Assembly: GCF_006345805.1 (NCBI RefSeq)
Contig: NC_043025.1
Location: forward strand, 7,192,001 to 7,256,000
Length of the DNA stretch: 64,000 nucleotides
Source: Octopus sinensis
Taxonomy: Eukaryota
Direction: 5' to 3'
Below the pieces are notes generated by a model. The model searched no databases. It had not been told where the DNA came from and worked only from the letters and a program-made list of their open reading frames with translations. Each line of letters starts with the position of its first letter. The stretch's first letter is position 1. Below, in pieces: positions 1 to 13,147 of this stretch. The position numbers were made by a program, and so were the translations under genes.

Positions 1-1429
1 TAGTAGAAGACACTTGCCCAAGATGCCACGCAGTGGGACTGAACCCGGAACCATGTGGTTGGTAAGCAAGCTACTTACCACACAGCCACTCCTGCACACA
101 CACCTCAGTGTTGGACTTTTGCCACTTGAGCCGTCATCATCTGCTCCTACCGTTTTAACTCCTCCTACTCCTACCGCCACCACCACCACCACCACCACCA
201 CCACCACCACCAACTCCTTCACAGCCACTGTTTGTACCACTGCTGCCATCACCATCACCGTTGCTACCCCACCACTGCAACTTTCAAATCCCTCCCCTCC
301 TTGCACCGTCAGCACCACCTTCATGAGCGTTGGTGCTTTACCCGCCACCGACACCATCACCACTGTTTGTTCCACCACCTCTTGTCATCACCACCATCGC
401 CACCATCATCAGTACTGTTTCTTCACCACCACCACCACCACCACCACCACCACCACCATCAGTGCCACCACCATCACCTTCATCATCATTCTTGCCTTAT
501 TTTATTATTTATGTTTAATGTTTTTTGCTTCTTTCTTTTTCTGCCATTTCTTCTGCTGTCTTTTGTTATGGAGGGGTGGGCATATAAAGTGGAGTGTCAG
601 TGGTTTGGTCCTTAAGGTTCTCAGTTCTTGAGTCCCCCTCCCCCTCCACCACCCCACCACCCCGCTTTTCATATGGCCACAGCTTCAAGCCTTCTCTGCT
701 GCTCTGTTCTCGTCACGCAAGGTACATAACTCTGCCGGCTACAGTCTGCCTGGCTGGTAAAACAGTCTCGCCTTTCGCTTCTCGCTTGATCTTTGGAGTA
801 TGTGTGACAGAGTCGTATGGGTGCGTATGTGGTATGTTGTGGTGGTGGTGGTGGTATTGGTGTTAAGATCAATCCTTGCTTTCCACTGCTGCTGCTACTG
901 CCGCTGCTGCTTCTTGTGTTATTGTGGTAGTGTTGGACTGCTGTGTCCAGTGTTGCATCTGAAAAGGCAAGGAACTTGGCAAGCCACAATCTGGTTGGCC
1001 AATAAACAGGGCCGACACATGCTTCACCTTTAAGTTTAGATCTGTTTGAACAGGTCTTCCCTCTGGGTCTGGTAAACAAGCAAAGTTTTATGTACCTTTC
1101 TCTTAATCGTGGAGTAGCATGGATTACAGAGCAAGAGAGGGTAGATGAAGGTTTAACTATCTCATCATCTTTCATGGTTATTCCAGTAATGATGTTAAGT
1201 ATCTACTAAGAAACAGAATTGGTATTGTTTTGCAGGTCACCTTGCCTTGCTTAACTTGACGTATCTCCCAACTAAAACTAATTTCAAACGTAATATTCAT
1301 CAACGAAAGATAGATTAGCGTGTAAAGCTGCCTTCTGTAGTTAAGGGTGATGAGATTTTAAGTAGATGTATCTGATATCCACAGAAAAGAGTTAATAGTC
1401 CTCTAAAACATATATATATATATATATAA

Positions 1430-1868
1430 GTGCAGGAGTGGCTGTGTGGTAAGTAGCTTGTTTACCAACCACATGGTTCTGGGTTCAGTCCCAGCGCGTG
1501 GCACCTAGGGCAAGTGTCTTCTACTATAGCCTCGGGCCGACCAAAGCCTTGTGAGTGGATTTGGTAGACGGAAACTGAAAAAGCCCGTCGTATATATGTA
1601 TATATATGTATATATATGCATATAATATATATATATATATATATAATATATATAATGCGTGTGTGTGGTCTGTGTGTTTGTCCCCCTAGCATTGCTTGAA
1701 AACGATGCTGGTGTGTTTATGTCCCCCCGTTATTAGCGGTTTGGCAAAAGAGACCGATAGAATAAGTACTGGACTTACAAAAGAATAAGTCCGGGGGTCG
1801 AGTTGCTCGATTAAAGAGGGGTGCTCCAGCATGGACCGCAGTCAAATGATTGAAACAAGTAAAAGAGT
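1430..1868 (+). mobile_element. tRNA-derived SINE family A (commonest repeat in the window)
   Basis: A-box tggctgtgtgg, B-box ggttcagtccc, central gggcaagtgtcttc, internal (TA)n/(TG)n, 3' end gactgaaacaagtaaaagag. Other copies: + 14391-14765, 28488-28870, 35586-35980, 45873-46295, 46930-47330, 56918-57445; - 1-104, 12165-12470, 13920-14070, 20915-21325, 41720-42100, 49545-49940, 52970-53360, 62290-64000 (several). Confidence 0.9.
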
Positions 1869-2068
1869 CTATATATATATATATAATATATATTATATAT
1901 ATATATATTATATACTTACTGTAAACAAGATAATGGTACAGAGCATTCATTAAAATAATAAGCTTTCAAAACAGATGCACAAACTAAAAAGAAACACTGG
2001 AGGCCACCAGATCCTCATTAGTTATTGACCAAGGGGTCAAACGCAATTTTATGCCTTCAGCAATAACA

Positions 2069-2850
2069 CCTATTTCTTTACTACCCACAAGGGGCTAAAC
2101 ATAGAGGGGACAAACAAGGACAGACAAACGGATTAAGTCGATTACATCGACCCCAGTGCGTAACTGGTACTTAATTTATTGACCCTGAAAGGATGAAAGG
2201 CAAAGTCGACCTCGGCGGAATTTGAACTCAGAACTTAACGGCAGACGAAATACCTATTTCTTTACTACCCACAAGGGGCTAAACACAGAGGGGACAAACA
2301 AGGACAGACATAGGTATTAAGTCGATTACATCGACCTCAGTGTGTAACTGGTACTTAATTTATTGACCCTGAAAGGATGAAAGGCAAAGTCGACCTCGGC
2401 GGAATTTGAACTCAGAACGTAACGGCAGACAAAATACCTATTTCTTTATTACCCACAAGGGGCTAAACACAGAGGGGACAAACAAGGACAGACATAGGTA
2501 TTAAGTCGATTACATCAACCTCAGTGTGTAACTGGTACTTAATTTATTGACCCTGAAAGGATGAAAGGCAAAGTCGACCTCGGCGGAATTTGAACTCAGA
2601 ACGTAACGGCAGACAAAATACCTATTTCTTTACTACCCACAGGGGCTAAAACACGAGGGGACAACAAGGACAGACATAGGTATAAGTCGATTACATCGAC
2701 TCAGTGTGTAACTGGGTATTAATTTATTGACCCTGAAAGGATGAAAGGCCAAGTCGACCTCGGCGGAATTTGAACTCAGAACTTAACGGCAGACGAAATA
2801 CGGCTACGCATTTCGCCTGGCGTGCTAACGTTTCCGCCAGCTCGCCGCCT
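2069..2850 (-). mobile_element. Nin/Deu-domain-type SINE (family C) as a tetramer of 184-bp units
   Basis: Core gcctttcatcctttcggggtcgataaattaagtaccag resembles the Deu/Nin SINE domain. Units start at 2069, 2253, 2437 and 2621; a single head lies at about 2800-2850. Confidence 0.85.
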
Positions 2851-3170
2851 TATAACCTCTCTTGCTAAACCACCCTTCTGATGGTGCTGGCAGTGAGAAG
2901 CCCCTTTGAAATGGCGAGCCAATGAACAAGGGAGCAAGCGTGACAGAAAGTGAAGAAACAAACAAGAAATGAATGAATAAATATGCAATACAAGAAGTGG
3001 ACATGGCGGTGCCCCAGCATGGCCACAGCTCGTGAGCTGAAACTAGATAAAATAAAAATAAAATAAAACTAAAATACAAGCATAGATAAATGTGATTGAA
3101 GACGAGGCCATTAGTGGACGGATTAGGGACTTGGACGAAATGTGGACATGTGAACAAACTGAAATAAAAT

Positions 3171-3521
3171 ATGGACTTAGGGCCAGGCTGGAGACTTGTA
3201 CCAAAGTTTGGAATTGAAAGTGACACAAACAGCAGAATAGGGCACAGCCACATAGTGCCAGGGATCCCAGTGTTGCCATCAAAATACAGGACCAGATGCT
3301 GCAACAGCTTGGGTTTTAAGGGCCAGCAGCTCTTTGGTATCCTTCCAAAATGTCTGAGAGGCCCGCTTGGCGTGGATGCAGGTGTCTTCAGAACAAAACT
3401 GGATCTCTTCTCATTAGGGATTCCAGATGACCCTACCTCACGGCAGGAAACACAAATGAGGGCAACAGCATCAATCTCCCTCCTTCACCAAATGCTGCAT
3501 ATCAAAGGAGGTTTCAAATAA
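3171..3521 (+). mobile_element. CR1-like LINE ORF2 C-terminal fragment
   Basis: LVPKFGIES...RTRCCNSLGFKGQQLFGILPKCLR..GVDAGVFRTKLDLF..IPDDPT resembles the CR1-group C-terminal pattern S..V.G..LFN.LP..LR.....FK..LD.FL..VPD.P. Confidence 0.75.
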
Positions 3522-3827
3522 TGAAAATGTAGCGAAGCCAATGGTGGTGCCCCAGCATGGCCGCAGACTGAAACTAGTTAAAGAGTTATATAAGAGAGAT
3601 ATACTAGCATACATACACGTCCATTGGCCAGTTATATATAACCTGACCATTGCTGACTTTCCCTTGTTTCTAGAACTCTTTAGACCAGTGGTTGTCAGCC
3701 AGGGTCCATAGAAGACTTTTAGGGGTCCACGCAATAAAATAGTACACTGGAGATCCACAGTAGTATTTTAAGGGCCCCTGGGAAAAATGTTGCTTTAGAT
3801 AGACGTTTCTATGAAACTAGTTTTTAA

Positions 3828-4046
3828 CCCTTTAGTATTTAAACTGGCCATATCTGGCCAAAATAGCTAGTCTGTTTTATTTTCAAACTGACCAGATCCA
3901 GGCTCTCACACCTACCCTACAATGTTATTCCACATTAAGTAATTACACCATCAAGATCTTGAAGATATGAGATAATGCACGATTAATTCAAATCAATGGG
4001 AATCAATAAGTGTTATGTTTGATAGAATAACCTGAACACTAAAGGG
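3828..4046. mobile_element. piggyBac-type MITE (TTAA-flanked), nested in a hAT-like MITE (3684-4393)
   Basis: TTAA|CCCTTTAG ... CTAAAGGG|TTAA; a second copy lies at 4838-5055. The host element has cagtggttgtcagcc / ggttgagaacccctg termini. Confidence 0.75.
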
Positions 4047-6345
4047 TTAAACATTGGATGGCTAAGGGGATACACCAGAATAAAATAGTAATTAAAGGGG
4101 TCCATAGATAAGAAATAGTTGAAAACCCCTGCTTTAGATGTATGTATTGGTTATGTATTGCATGAAACAGCTGGGTTCCTTTCTCTAATGTTTGACATTT
4201 CCAGCCACTGAAACAGGTTCTCTCAGAGAATATAATTGCAAACCTACACAAGTTAATGTGAGAGAAACAAAATAGGAATTTTGAAAGACGTTTCTATAAA
4301 ACTAGTTTTGAAGCATCGAATGGCTATGAGGGTCCACTTGAATAAAATAATAATCAAAAGGGTCCATAGGTAAGAAATGGTTGAGAACCCCTGCTTTAGA
4401 ACTTCCAGACCTCACTGCTACCACCACCACCACCTCATCTCCATAGCAACTCTCTGCACCTACCACTACCTTTTACCACAGCCATGGTTAATCCTCACCA
4501 CGACCATCACCTCCATTGCCAATCCACTTCCTGCCTGCTGTCCTCCCTCCTCCTATCTTTAATCTAAACCTCCATCTCCCACCACCCCACCTGGTTCCTC
4601 TTCACACTCACACTGGGTTAGGCACTATCCCCATACCCTACCTTGCATTTCCTCTCATGACCATCACTGTTGACCAGCCATCCCACTTCCCTTCTGCTTG
4701 CTCTTTTTTTAATTTTTATTTTTATATTCTTTATTATTATTATTATTTTTATGTTTAGTGTGTTGTTGCATGCTATATTTGTTCGTATATTTTATTATGA
4801 TTACCTATATTGTTGTTTGTATTGTTATTATCATTTACCCTTTAGCATTTAAACCGGCCATATCCAGCCAAAAGTATTCTGCCTGTTTTATGTTCAAACT
4901 GGCCAGATCTGGTCTCTCACACCAACCCTACAATATCATTCTAAAAATTAACAGCTACATCAAAATCTCAAAGCTGCAAGATAATGCACGATTAGTTCAA
5001 AGCAATGTGGATAAAAGGGGATTAATTTTGGCAGAATAATGCGAACACTAAAGGGTTAAAGCAACAAGCTACCAGAATTGTTAGCATGCTGAGCAGAATA
5101 CTTATTGGTATTTCATCCATCATTACAACTCCACTGAGGTCGACTTTGCCTTTCATCCTTTCAGGGTCGATAAATTAAGCACTGGCTGAGTACTTGGGGG
5201 TCAACGTACTCAACTGTCCCTCTCGTCCAAATTTCAGACCTTGTGGCTCTAGTAGAAAGGATCATCATCATCATCATCATTTGACATCTGATTTCCATGC
5301 TAGCATGGGTTGGACGGTTTGACTGAGGACTGGCGAACCAGATGGCTGCACCAGGCTCCAATCTTGATCTGGCAGAGTTTCTACAGCTGGATGCCCTTCC
5401 TAATGCCAACCACTCCGAGAGTGTAGTGGGTGCTTTTACGTACCACCTTGCCTGTGTTTGTGGTTTTGTGGCATGAAGCAGAGCAGGCCTTGCTGTCCAT
5501 TCGAGAAAACACATAGTAAATGACCCTAAAGCACTCAGGCAAGACCTTGTGGCTCTAGTAGAAAGGATCATCATCATCGTTTGACATCCACTTTCCATGC
5601 TAGCATGGGTTGGATGGTTTGACTGGCGAACCAGATGGCTGCACCAGGCTCCAATCTTGATCTGGCAGAGTTTCTACAGCTGGATGCCCTTCCTAACGCC
5701 AACCACTCCGGTTTGACTGATGTCTGGCAAACCAGATGGCTGCACCAAGCTCCAGTCCTGATCTGGCAGAGTTTCTACAGCTGGATGCCCTTCCTAATGC
5801 CAACCACTCTGAGAGTGTAGTGGGTGCTTTTTACGTGCCACCTTACCTGTCTTTGTGGGTTTTGAGGTTACAAAGCAGAGCAGGCCTTGCTGTTCACTCA
5901 AGAAAACACATAGCAATTGACCCACAAGCACTCAAGCAAACTGAGTCCCCAACTTGTTCCATTAGCCAAAAGGTTTGCAAGGAGCCAGCAGATCTCAAGA
6001 GACGCATTCGTGTCCATGGAACATGATTACTACTTTATTTTACTGAACCTTCATTCACGACAAGGGAATTCATCATACATACATATTTTGATTACATGGA
6101 GTATACTCAGGTTTTAACCTTTTTTCTTTGTTTTTCTTATTCTTGTAGGATTTCTTTGAATGTAGCCATGTGTTTTGCATATGTGTGTATTAGTGTGTGC
6201 ATGTGTATCTATTTATCTATCCGTCTATCTAATGTGTGTGTGTGTGGCTGGCCTACCTAGCTAACAGGATGGCATCATTGGATAGCTAAAACAATGCAAG
6301 AAAACGCATAGTGATCAGCAATGTGTAACATCTGGTACATGGTTG

Positions 6346-6388
<43 letters not shown>

Positions 6389-7611
6389 CAACAATTGAGG
6401 GTAAAATTAATTAATTATTAATCAATTTCACCAAATATTCAGTATGTAAAGGGACCATTATAGGCGAATTCAAAATATTACATTATATATAAGGGCTTAG
6501 TAAAATAAATTACTTTGCCACATACTGAACTCATTAGAAATAGCAGCTAAAGAAATTTCTTCAGCTATTTCTAATACTTAAAGAAGATCTCTCTCAGATA
6601 GTGTTTGCCTAAACTAACTCACAAAAGTATGGGGGAAAAAACATTAAAAAATCAAGTGCAAAGGTTATTTGAGAACGTACGTTTCTAGATTAGTCAATTC
6701 GACATTTCTTTCTTCAGCTCAGAATTCCTTGAATCGGATTTGGGAACATTGAAAGTCGGGAGCATACCCTTTCGGCTTCTAATCACCTCAAGAATTCTGC
6801 TCGAACTAAAAGTGTTATCAAATTCGAATATGCAAGCGAAGAATTTCTGCTCTCCCCTTTCCACCAGCGTGGTTAAAATGACAAACACCATGTATTAACG
6901 GTGAAAACCGCAGCATTTTACAGAGAAAGATGAATTATAATTTCAACAATTGAGGGTAAAATTAATTAATTATTAATCAATTTCACCAAGTATTTAGTAT
7001 GTAAAGGGACCATTATAGGCGAATTCAAAATATTACATTATATATAAGGGCTTAGTAAAATAAATTACTTTGCCACATACTGAACTCATTAGAAATAGCA
7101 TATATATATATATATATACCGTAGTAAACACATAAATGTGAAACAAGGTGGAAAAAAGAGTACTCAAATAAAGCAGCAGAAAATTCAACAAAACCTGTTA
7201 CTCTGAGTTTCACGTTGCCGTTCGTTTTTGCAAAAACCGTCCAACGAACGGGAACGTGAAACTCAGAGTAACAGGTTTTGTTGAATTTTCTGCTGCTTTA
7301 AATAAATTATATATATATATATATAAGAAATATTGAATTTCTAAATATATATATATATATATATATATAGTAAAAAGTGAAAAAACTACAGAAGGCTTGT
7401 TTTAAAAGGTTAAAAAATATATATTTGAGTCAATATGTTTGAAGAATGTTATAAATTTTTTTCTTACAATGGCATAGTTTATAACATTCTTCAAACATAT
7501 TGACTCAAATATATATTTTTAACCTTTTAAAACAAGCCTTCTATAGTTTTTTCACTTCTTACTATTTTCTATATATTCAACCACGTGCTTTCACAAACCA
7601 ACTTCCTCATC

Positions 7612-7692
<81 letters not shown>

Positions 7693-7716
7693 GTGTGTGT
7701 GGTGTATATATATATA

Positions 7717-7762
<46 letters not shown>

Positions 7763-8096
7763 ACTTTACAACAAAAGTAAACCAAGTTTGCTTTAGGAGC
7801 GTTGAGACGTATCGAAAGATACAGACACAGTGTATTCTCAAACGCATGATACACACTAATACAATCGCATGAACAGGATAAACTATCCATATATTGCAGA
7901 AGAATTTGTTACCGGCCAGCCATGAGGCTTAAACTCACATCCCTGTGATTAGGTTACTGGGCAGTTTAGCTTAAAGGTAAAGCACTTGACATGTAATCAC
8001 AGGGATGTGAGTTCAAGTCTAAATCATACTAACAGATGCCCTGAATCATATATATTTTTTACTAATGTTCTTGTTTTTCTCCCTTGTTGTTTATAG

Positions 8097-8202
8097 GAGG
8101 CCAGCAGATGGCGCCACCTCCTCAACCACGCCCACCTTCTCCAATATTTGTTGCTGTGCCTCCCCGCACTCAGAGACTTCTTCATTCTGAAGCATACATC
8201 AG
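8097..8202 (+). CDS. PBRM1: Polybromo-1 (BAF180) internal coding exon near the C-terminus
   Basis: Acceptor tttatag|8097 and donor 8202|gtgagt. Translates (G)GQQMAPPPQPRPPSPIFVAVPPRTQRLLHSEAYI(R), matching the conserved polybromo motif PP(K/R)TQRLLHSEAY(L/I)(K/R)YIEGL recalled from vertebrate PBRM1. Confidence 0.93.
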
Positions 8203-8234
8203 GTGAGTTGGACCCGTAGTGGTATTGGTGGTTG

Positions 8235-8720
8235 ATGTTGTTTAGCCCCAGGTCAGAACTGACCTAGAAGACCTATGATCAAAAGTGTTCCAGCTGCGAC
8301 CATCCTGTCTTTTATTGAAGCATAGTGTATCTTGGAGTACATTATCTAATGTGTCCTTCCTTGTTTTTGTTTAGCCCTAAGCTAGTCTTGATCCAGCAGA
8401 CCTATGATCAAAGATGTTCCAGTTGTGACCATCCTGTCTTTTATTGAAGCGTAGTGTATCTTGGAGTACATTATTTAATGTGTCCTTCCTTGTTGTTTAG
8501 CCTTAAGCCAGTTTTGATCCAGCAGACCTATGATGAGAGATGTTCCAGATATGACCACCCAGTCTTTTATTCAGGCATAGTGTATCTAGGACTACATTAT
8601 CTAATGTGACCTTTTTTGTTGTTGTTTAGGTCCAGATCAGTCCTTGTTCAGCAAACTTATGATCAAAGTGTTCCAGCCGTGACCATCCTGTCTTTTCACT
8701 CAGATGTAGTGTATTTCAGA
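8235..8720. repeat. Four degenerate ~120-bp tandem repeats
   Basis: gttgtttagccc...agacctatgatcaaa.gtgttccagc.g.gaccatcc.gtcttttatt..gcatagtgtatct.ggagtacattatctaatgtg repeats just after the PBRM1 donor at 8203. Confidence 0.85.
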
Positions 8721-9404
8721 CCCCCGTTAATTTTGAAAGGGTCACAGTTCTGGTGTGTGAAGCGATGATTGCCAGGTCTTGGAAAGATGTACTCCTAGAT
8801 ACACGATGCTTGAATAAAAACCAGGAAAGTGGAAAGATGGGGGTAACATGGTGGTTAGGGGGGTGGGGGTGATTTCCATTTGGTGGAGAGAGAGTGTTGG
8901 TGATTATTTTAGCTGAGATTGAGTAATGAGGGCAGGAGAGATGAGCTACATGACAGGGGACAGTCGTATGATAGTGTTACATGAGGGTGTTTTGGGGGAG
9001 GTGTGGTGATGCTACATGTGTAGTGGTGATGTTGGTGTATGTGTGTAATTATGCTACATGTGTGTGTTAAGTGTGGTGGTGCCACATGCAAGAGAGAAGA
9101 ATGATGTTGGTACATGAGTGAATGGGGGGAGTCTTAACATTGTTACATGTGAAGAGGTATGATTTTGCTACATGTGGACAGAAAGCGTCGTGTTACAGTT
9201 TATGCTACATGTGGTAGGTGTAATAACATTACACGTATGTAGAAGAGTTGCTAGTTTGATGTGTGTGCTGGGGTCCGAATTAGTGCTACATGGGTGTGTG
9301 GTCTAAACCTGCATGTGTGAAAAGGGTGTTAGTTTGACATGTGTGAGAAAGTTGTGATAAGTGCTACATGTATCGTTGCTTCTCAAGAAACATGTACTTT
9401 TGCT

Positions 9405-9468
<64 letters not shown>

Positions 9469-9634
9469 ATATATATGTGTGTCTATATGTGTGTGTATAT
9501 GTGTGTGTGTGTATATATGTGTGTGTATATATGTGTGTGTGTGTATATACATGTGTGTGTGTGTATATACATGTGTGTGTAATTAAAGAAGCCTTTATCG
9601 TATATATGATTTGTTGTTGATGTTGTCGATTCAG

Positions 9635-9864
9635 GTATATTGAAGGTTTGAACTCCAACAGCCGGTGTGTGAGTGATTGGAACAAGACCCTGACTGCCAC
9701 TCCAGAGACGGTCTCCACTCAGAGCGAGAAGCGACTGCCCACCCATTGGATGTCACACGGGAGCAACTATCACGGCTCCATCACTAACGCCCTCTGGGCC
9801 CTCAGGGACCTGATGCTCAAGGATACACTCAACATCACACGAACCTTGCCTTTTGACGACCTCT
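9635..9864 (+). CDS. PBRM1: Polybromo-1 last major coding exon
   Basis: Acceptor gattcag|9635 completes the phase-2 codon AG|G. Translates YIEGLNSNSRCVSDWNKTLTATPETVSTQSEKRLPTHWMSHGSNYHGSITNALWALRDLMLKDTLNITRTLPFDDL, aligning to the PBRM1 C-terminus (YIEGL...W...RLPSHWL...DALWRLRDLMLRDTLNI). Ends at a T|GTAAGT donor, or reads on to TAA at 9872 if unspliced. Confidence 0.93.
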
Positions 9865-9896
9865 GTAAGTAAACACGTCCATATCCTCCTCTGACA

Positions 9897-11107
9897 TCTT
9901 TATATATAAAACTGTAGTTGTGTGAGTGTCTGTCCCCTTCGATTTAGATTCCTAACTACTCCCACATTTTGCGGTGCAGTTTAACCAAATTCGGGTATCT
10001 TATAGTCGTGATTCATATCGAGCCCGTCTGGCTATTAGCGCGCGTCAACGATGAGTCTACGATTTTAAAAATAATTTAACATCATTTTTTATTCCATTTT
10101 AATGCATATTTTTTCGTGTGTCGATGGCGGCGGAGTTGGCGTCCACGCTCACACCTGCACCTGTGTTGCTTCTCCCCCTTCTTCCCTCCCTCGTGAAGCT
10201 GTGGGGAAGGGAGTGTAAGGAAATCAACGTCGTAATGCGTTGTCAAGGAGACCAGCGTTCTTTTAGAATGACTTCATGGCTTGAAGTCGCCAAAACAGAA
10301 ATCGCTAAAAAAGCTGAAACAGATCCACAAAAACGGCAAAAACCGCCAGACAGGGCAGGTTTCCTGTGCAAACAATTTGCACAACCGAATGTTTTAGTTG
10401 TTGCACAAATCTTTATATATAAGAGTAAGGTTGTGTGTCTGTCTCCTACGATTTAGATTCCTAACTACTCCCACATTTTGCGGTGCAGTTTAACCAAAAC
10501 CGGGTATCTTATAGTCGTGATTCATATCGAGCCCTTCTGGGTATTAGTGCGCGTCTACGATGAGTCTACGATTTAAAAAAAAATTCACCATAATTTTTCC
10601 GCATTTTTAATGCATTTTTTTGCTATTTTTTGGCTATAACTCTCTAAAAATGCTTATATAGTTATTTCCCTTACAAACCCGAGCAACGCCGGGCGATACT
10701 GCTAGTCTTTATATATAAAAGTGAGGTTGTGTGCTGTCTGTCTCCTACGATTTAGATTCCTAACTACTCCCACATTTTGTGGCGCAGTTTAACCAAAACC
10801 GGGTATCTTATAGTTGTGATTCATATCGAGCCCTTCTGGGTATTAGTGCGCGTCTACGATGAGTCTACGATTTAAAAAATAATTTACCATAATTTTTTCC
10901 CATTTTTTATGCATTTTTTGCTATTATATAAATGAAGTAGCTCTCTAAAAATGTATTATTAAATCTCAGAACATAAAAAGCTACAGTAACACCCACCCCT
11001 CCTTTGTGGTTAGCCATATTGAGATGGCTATTATACTTTACATCTCTAAAAATGCTTATATAGTTATTTCCCTTACAAACCCGAGCAACGCCGGGTGATA
11101 CTGCTAG
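9897..11107 (+). mobile_element. Three head-to-tail non-autonomous Helitron-type units
   Basis: 5' TC(tttatatataaaa) at 9897, 10410 and 10706. The 3' hairpin cccgagcaacgccggg followed by CTAG ends at 10705 and 11107. Host A precedes the TC and host T follows the final CTAG. Confidence 0.85.
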
Positions 11108-12471
11108 TTGTATATAAATCTCTGTGTGGGGGGCATCTATCATCTGTTTACCATCCGCTTTCCCATGCTATCACACGTTAAATGCTTCAAGAAGATACGA
11201 TAGGTCTTGCTTTAATATCTTGGTTTTGGCATGGCTTTGGCCACTGGGTGCTTTTCCTAACACCAGGCACATGATAGAATGTACTGGGTGCATTTTTCCA
11301 TGGCACCAGCACAGTAAGAGTTGTCTTGTCCTCAGCAAAATTAAAAGCGTCTTTACAAACTATGCATTGTCTCTGTTCAATCCAGTGATCATTTGTGGCA
11401 AATCATGTAGTGATTGTATATGTGTATACAATCCAGTACAACCTGTGTCAGTGGGGTAGAAAGGGCTCCTTAGCCGTAGTGAAGGCAATCTATCTAGGGA
11501 GATAACCTTACAATAAATCACTCGGTCCATAGCTTAGAAATACTGGGTTGACATCCAGCGGGAACAGCTTTGTTTCATGGAGGAGGAAAGATCTTCTTTA
11601 GTACTCGGTTGTACAATGCTTTCCAATGTGTGTAGTAGTGGCGCGTGCACACATTATTAGCCATTTGAAAAGACTATGGAATTTAGTCTTGACCACGGTC
11701 GAGCAATGATGATGATGATGTATATAGGGTGTTTTTTCTTCCATGTCCTTCATGTGTGTTTTTCCCACATGTCTTCACAAGGTGCTCTTTGGACAATAGT
11801 TACGTTAGTCTTACAACCACTGTAAACAATTAATCTTGCAGTACAACAGTTCCGCCAAACCTATCAAAATTGGTAACAGAAACGGCATCTCCCAACGGAA
11901 TACAGCCTTATTCTTTTATTCTTGTACTTGTTTCAGTCATTTGACTGCAGCCATGCTGGAGCACTGCCTGAAATGGTTTTAGTCGAATAAATCAACCCTA
12001 GAACTTATTCTTTGTAAGCCCAGTACTTATTCTATCGGTCAATTTTGCTGAACCACTAAGTTACAGAGACATAAACAGAGCAACATCGGTTGTCAAGCAA
12101 TCATGGGAGGACACACACACACAGATATATACATACATTATATATATATATACTTTTTTACTTGTTTCAGTCATTTGACTGCGGCCATGCTGGAGCACCG
12201 CCTTTAGTCGAGCAAATCGACCCCGGGACTTATTCTTTGTAAGCCCAGTACTTATTCTATCGGTTGTCAAGCGATGGTGGTGGGAACAGACACACATACA
12301 TATATATACGATGGGCTTCTTTCAGTTTCCGTCTACCAAATCCACTCACAAGGCATTGGTCGGCCCGAGGCTATAGCAGAAGACACTTGCCCAAGAGGCC
12401 ATGCAGTGGGACTGAACCCGGAACCATGTGGTTGGTAAGCAAGCTACTTACCACACAGCCAATCCTGCGCC

Positions 12472-12502
<31 letters not shown>

Positions 12503-12808
12503 TATATATATATCATCGTGATCATCACCGTGACTGCCCAGGCCATCAGATTTTGCTACACATCGCTGGTCACAATGAACTTTGCTTTGTTTTAGCCTTC
12601 GAATGACGCCACCCCGCTGGCTAAGCGAGCAGGCCAACAGAGGAAAAAGTGAGAGAAGGTTGTGGCGAAAGAGTACAGTAGGGATCGCCCCCCCCCCCCT
12701 GCCGGAGCCTCGTGGGGCTTTAGGTGTTTTCGCTCAATAAACCCTCACAACGTCCGGTCTGGGAATCGAAACCTCTCTGTGTGTAATGTATGTATATGTA
12801 ATGTCAGT

Positions 12809-13147
12809 GAGCGAAGGCACATGGCTCAGTGGTTAGAGCGTCGAGCTTACGATCGTGAGGTTGTGAGTTCGAATTATGGACCGGGCTGCGTGTTGTGTTC
12901 TTGAGCAAGACACTTTATTTCATGTTGCTCCAGTTCACTCTGCTGCAGAAATCCGTTGCAATGTCACAGGTGCCAAGCTGTATCGGCCCCTTTGCCTTAC
13001 CCTTGGATAACACTGGTGGCGTGGAGAGGGGAGGCCGGTATGCATGGGCGAATGCTGGTCTTCCATAAACAACTTTGCCTGGACTTGTGCCTGGGAGGGT
13101 AACTCTTTAGGCTCAATCCCACGGTCAGTCATGATCGAAGGGGTCTC
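12809..13147 (+). mobile_element. tRNA-derived SINE family E (CORE/Meta-like central domain)
   Basis: Head tggctcagtggttagagcgtc...gagttcgaat; central tgtgttcttgagcaagacactttatttca...ctccagttcactc. A copy lies on - at 29296-29635. Confidence 0.82.

Noticed and set aside
14-631. Thr/His/Pro-rich ORFs (also 22465-23425, 29715-30080, 44832-45820 outside the real exon)
   Set aside because: Microsatellite-derived low-complexity translations without splice or homology support.
669-1175. 168-aa minus-strand ORF
   Set aside because: No recognisable domain in any frame; it spans a trinucleotide repeat and has no convincing splice sites. Left unannotated.
6120-6195. Acceptor-like ttcttgtag at about 6148 as an extra PBRM1 exon
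   Set aside because: No matching donor and no PBRM1-like translation.
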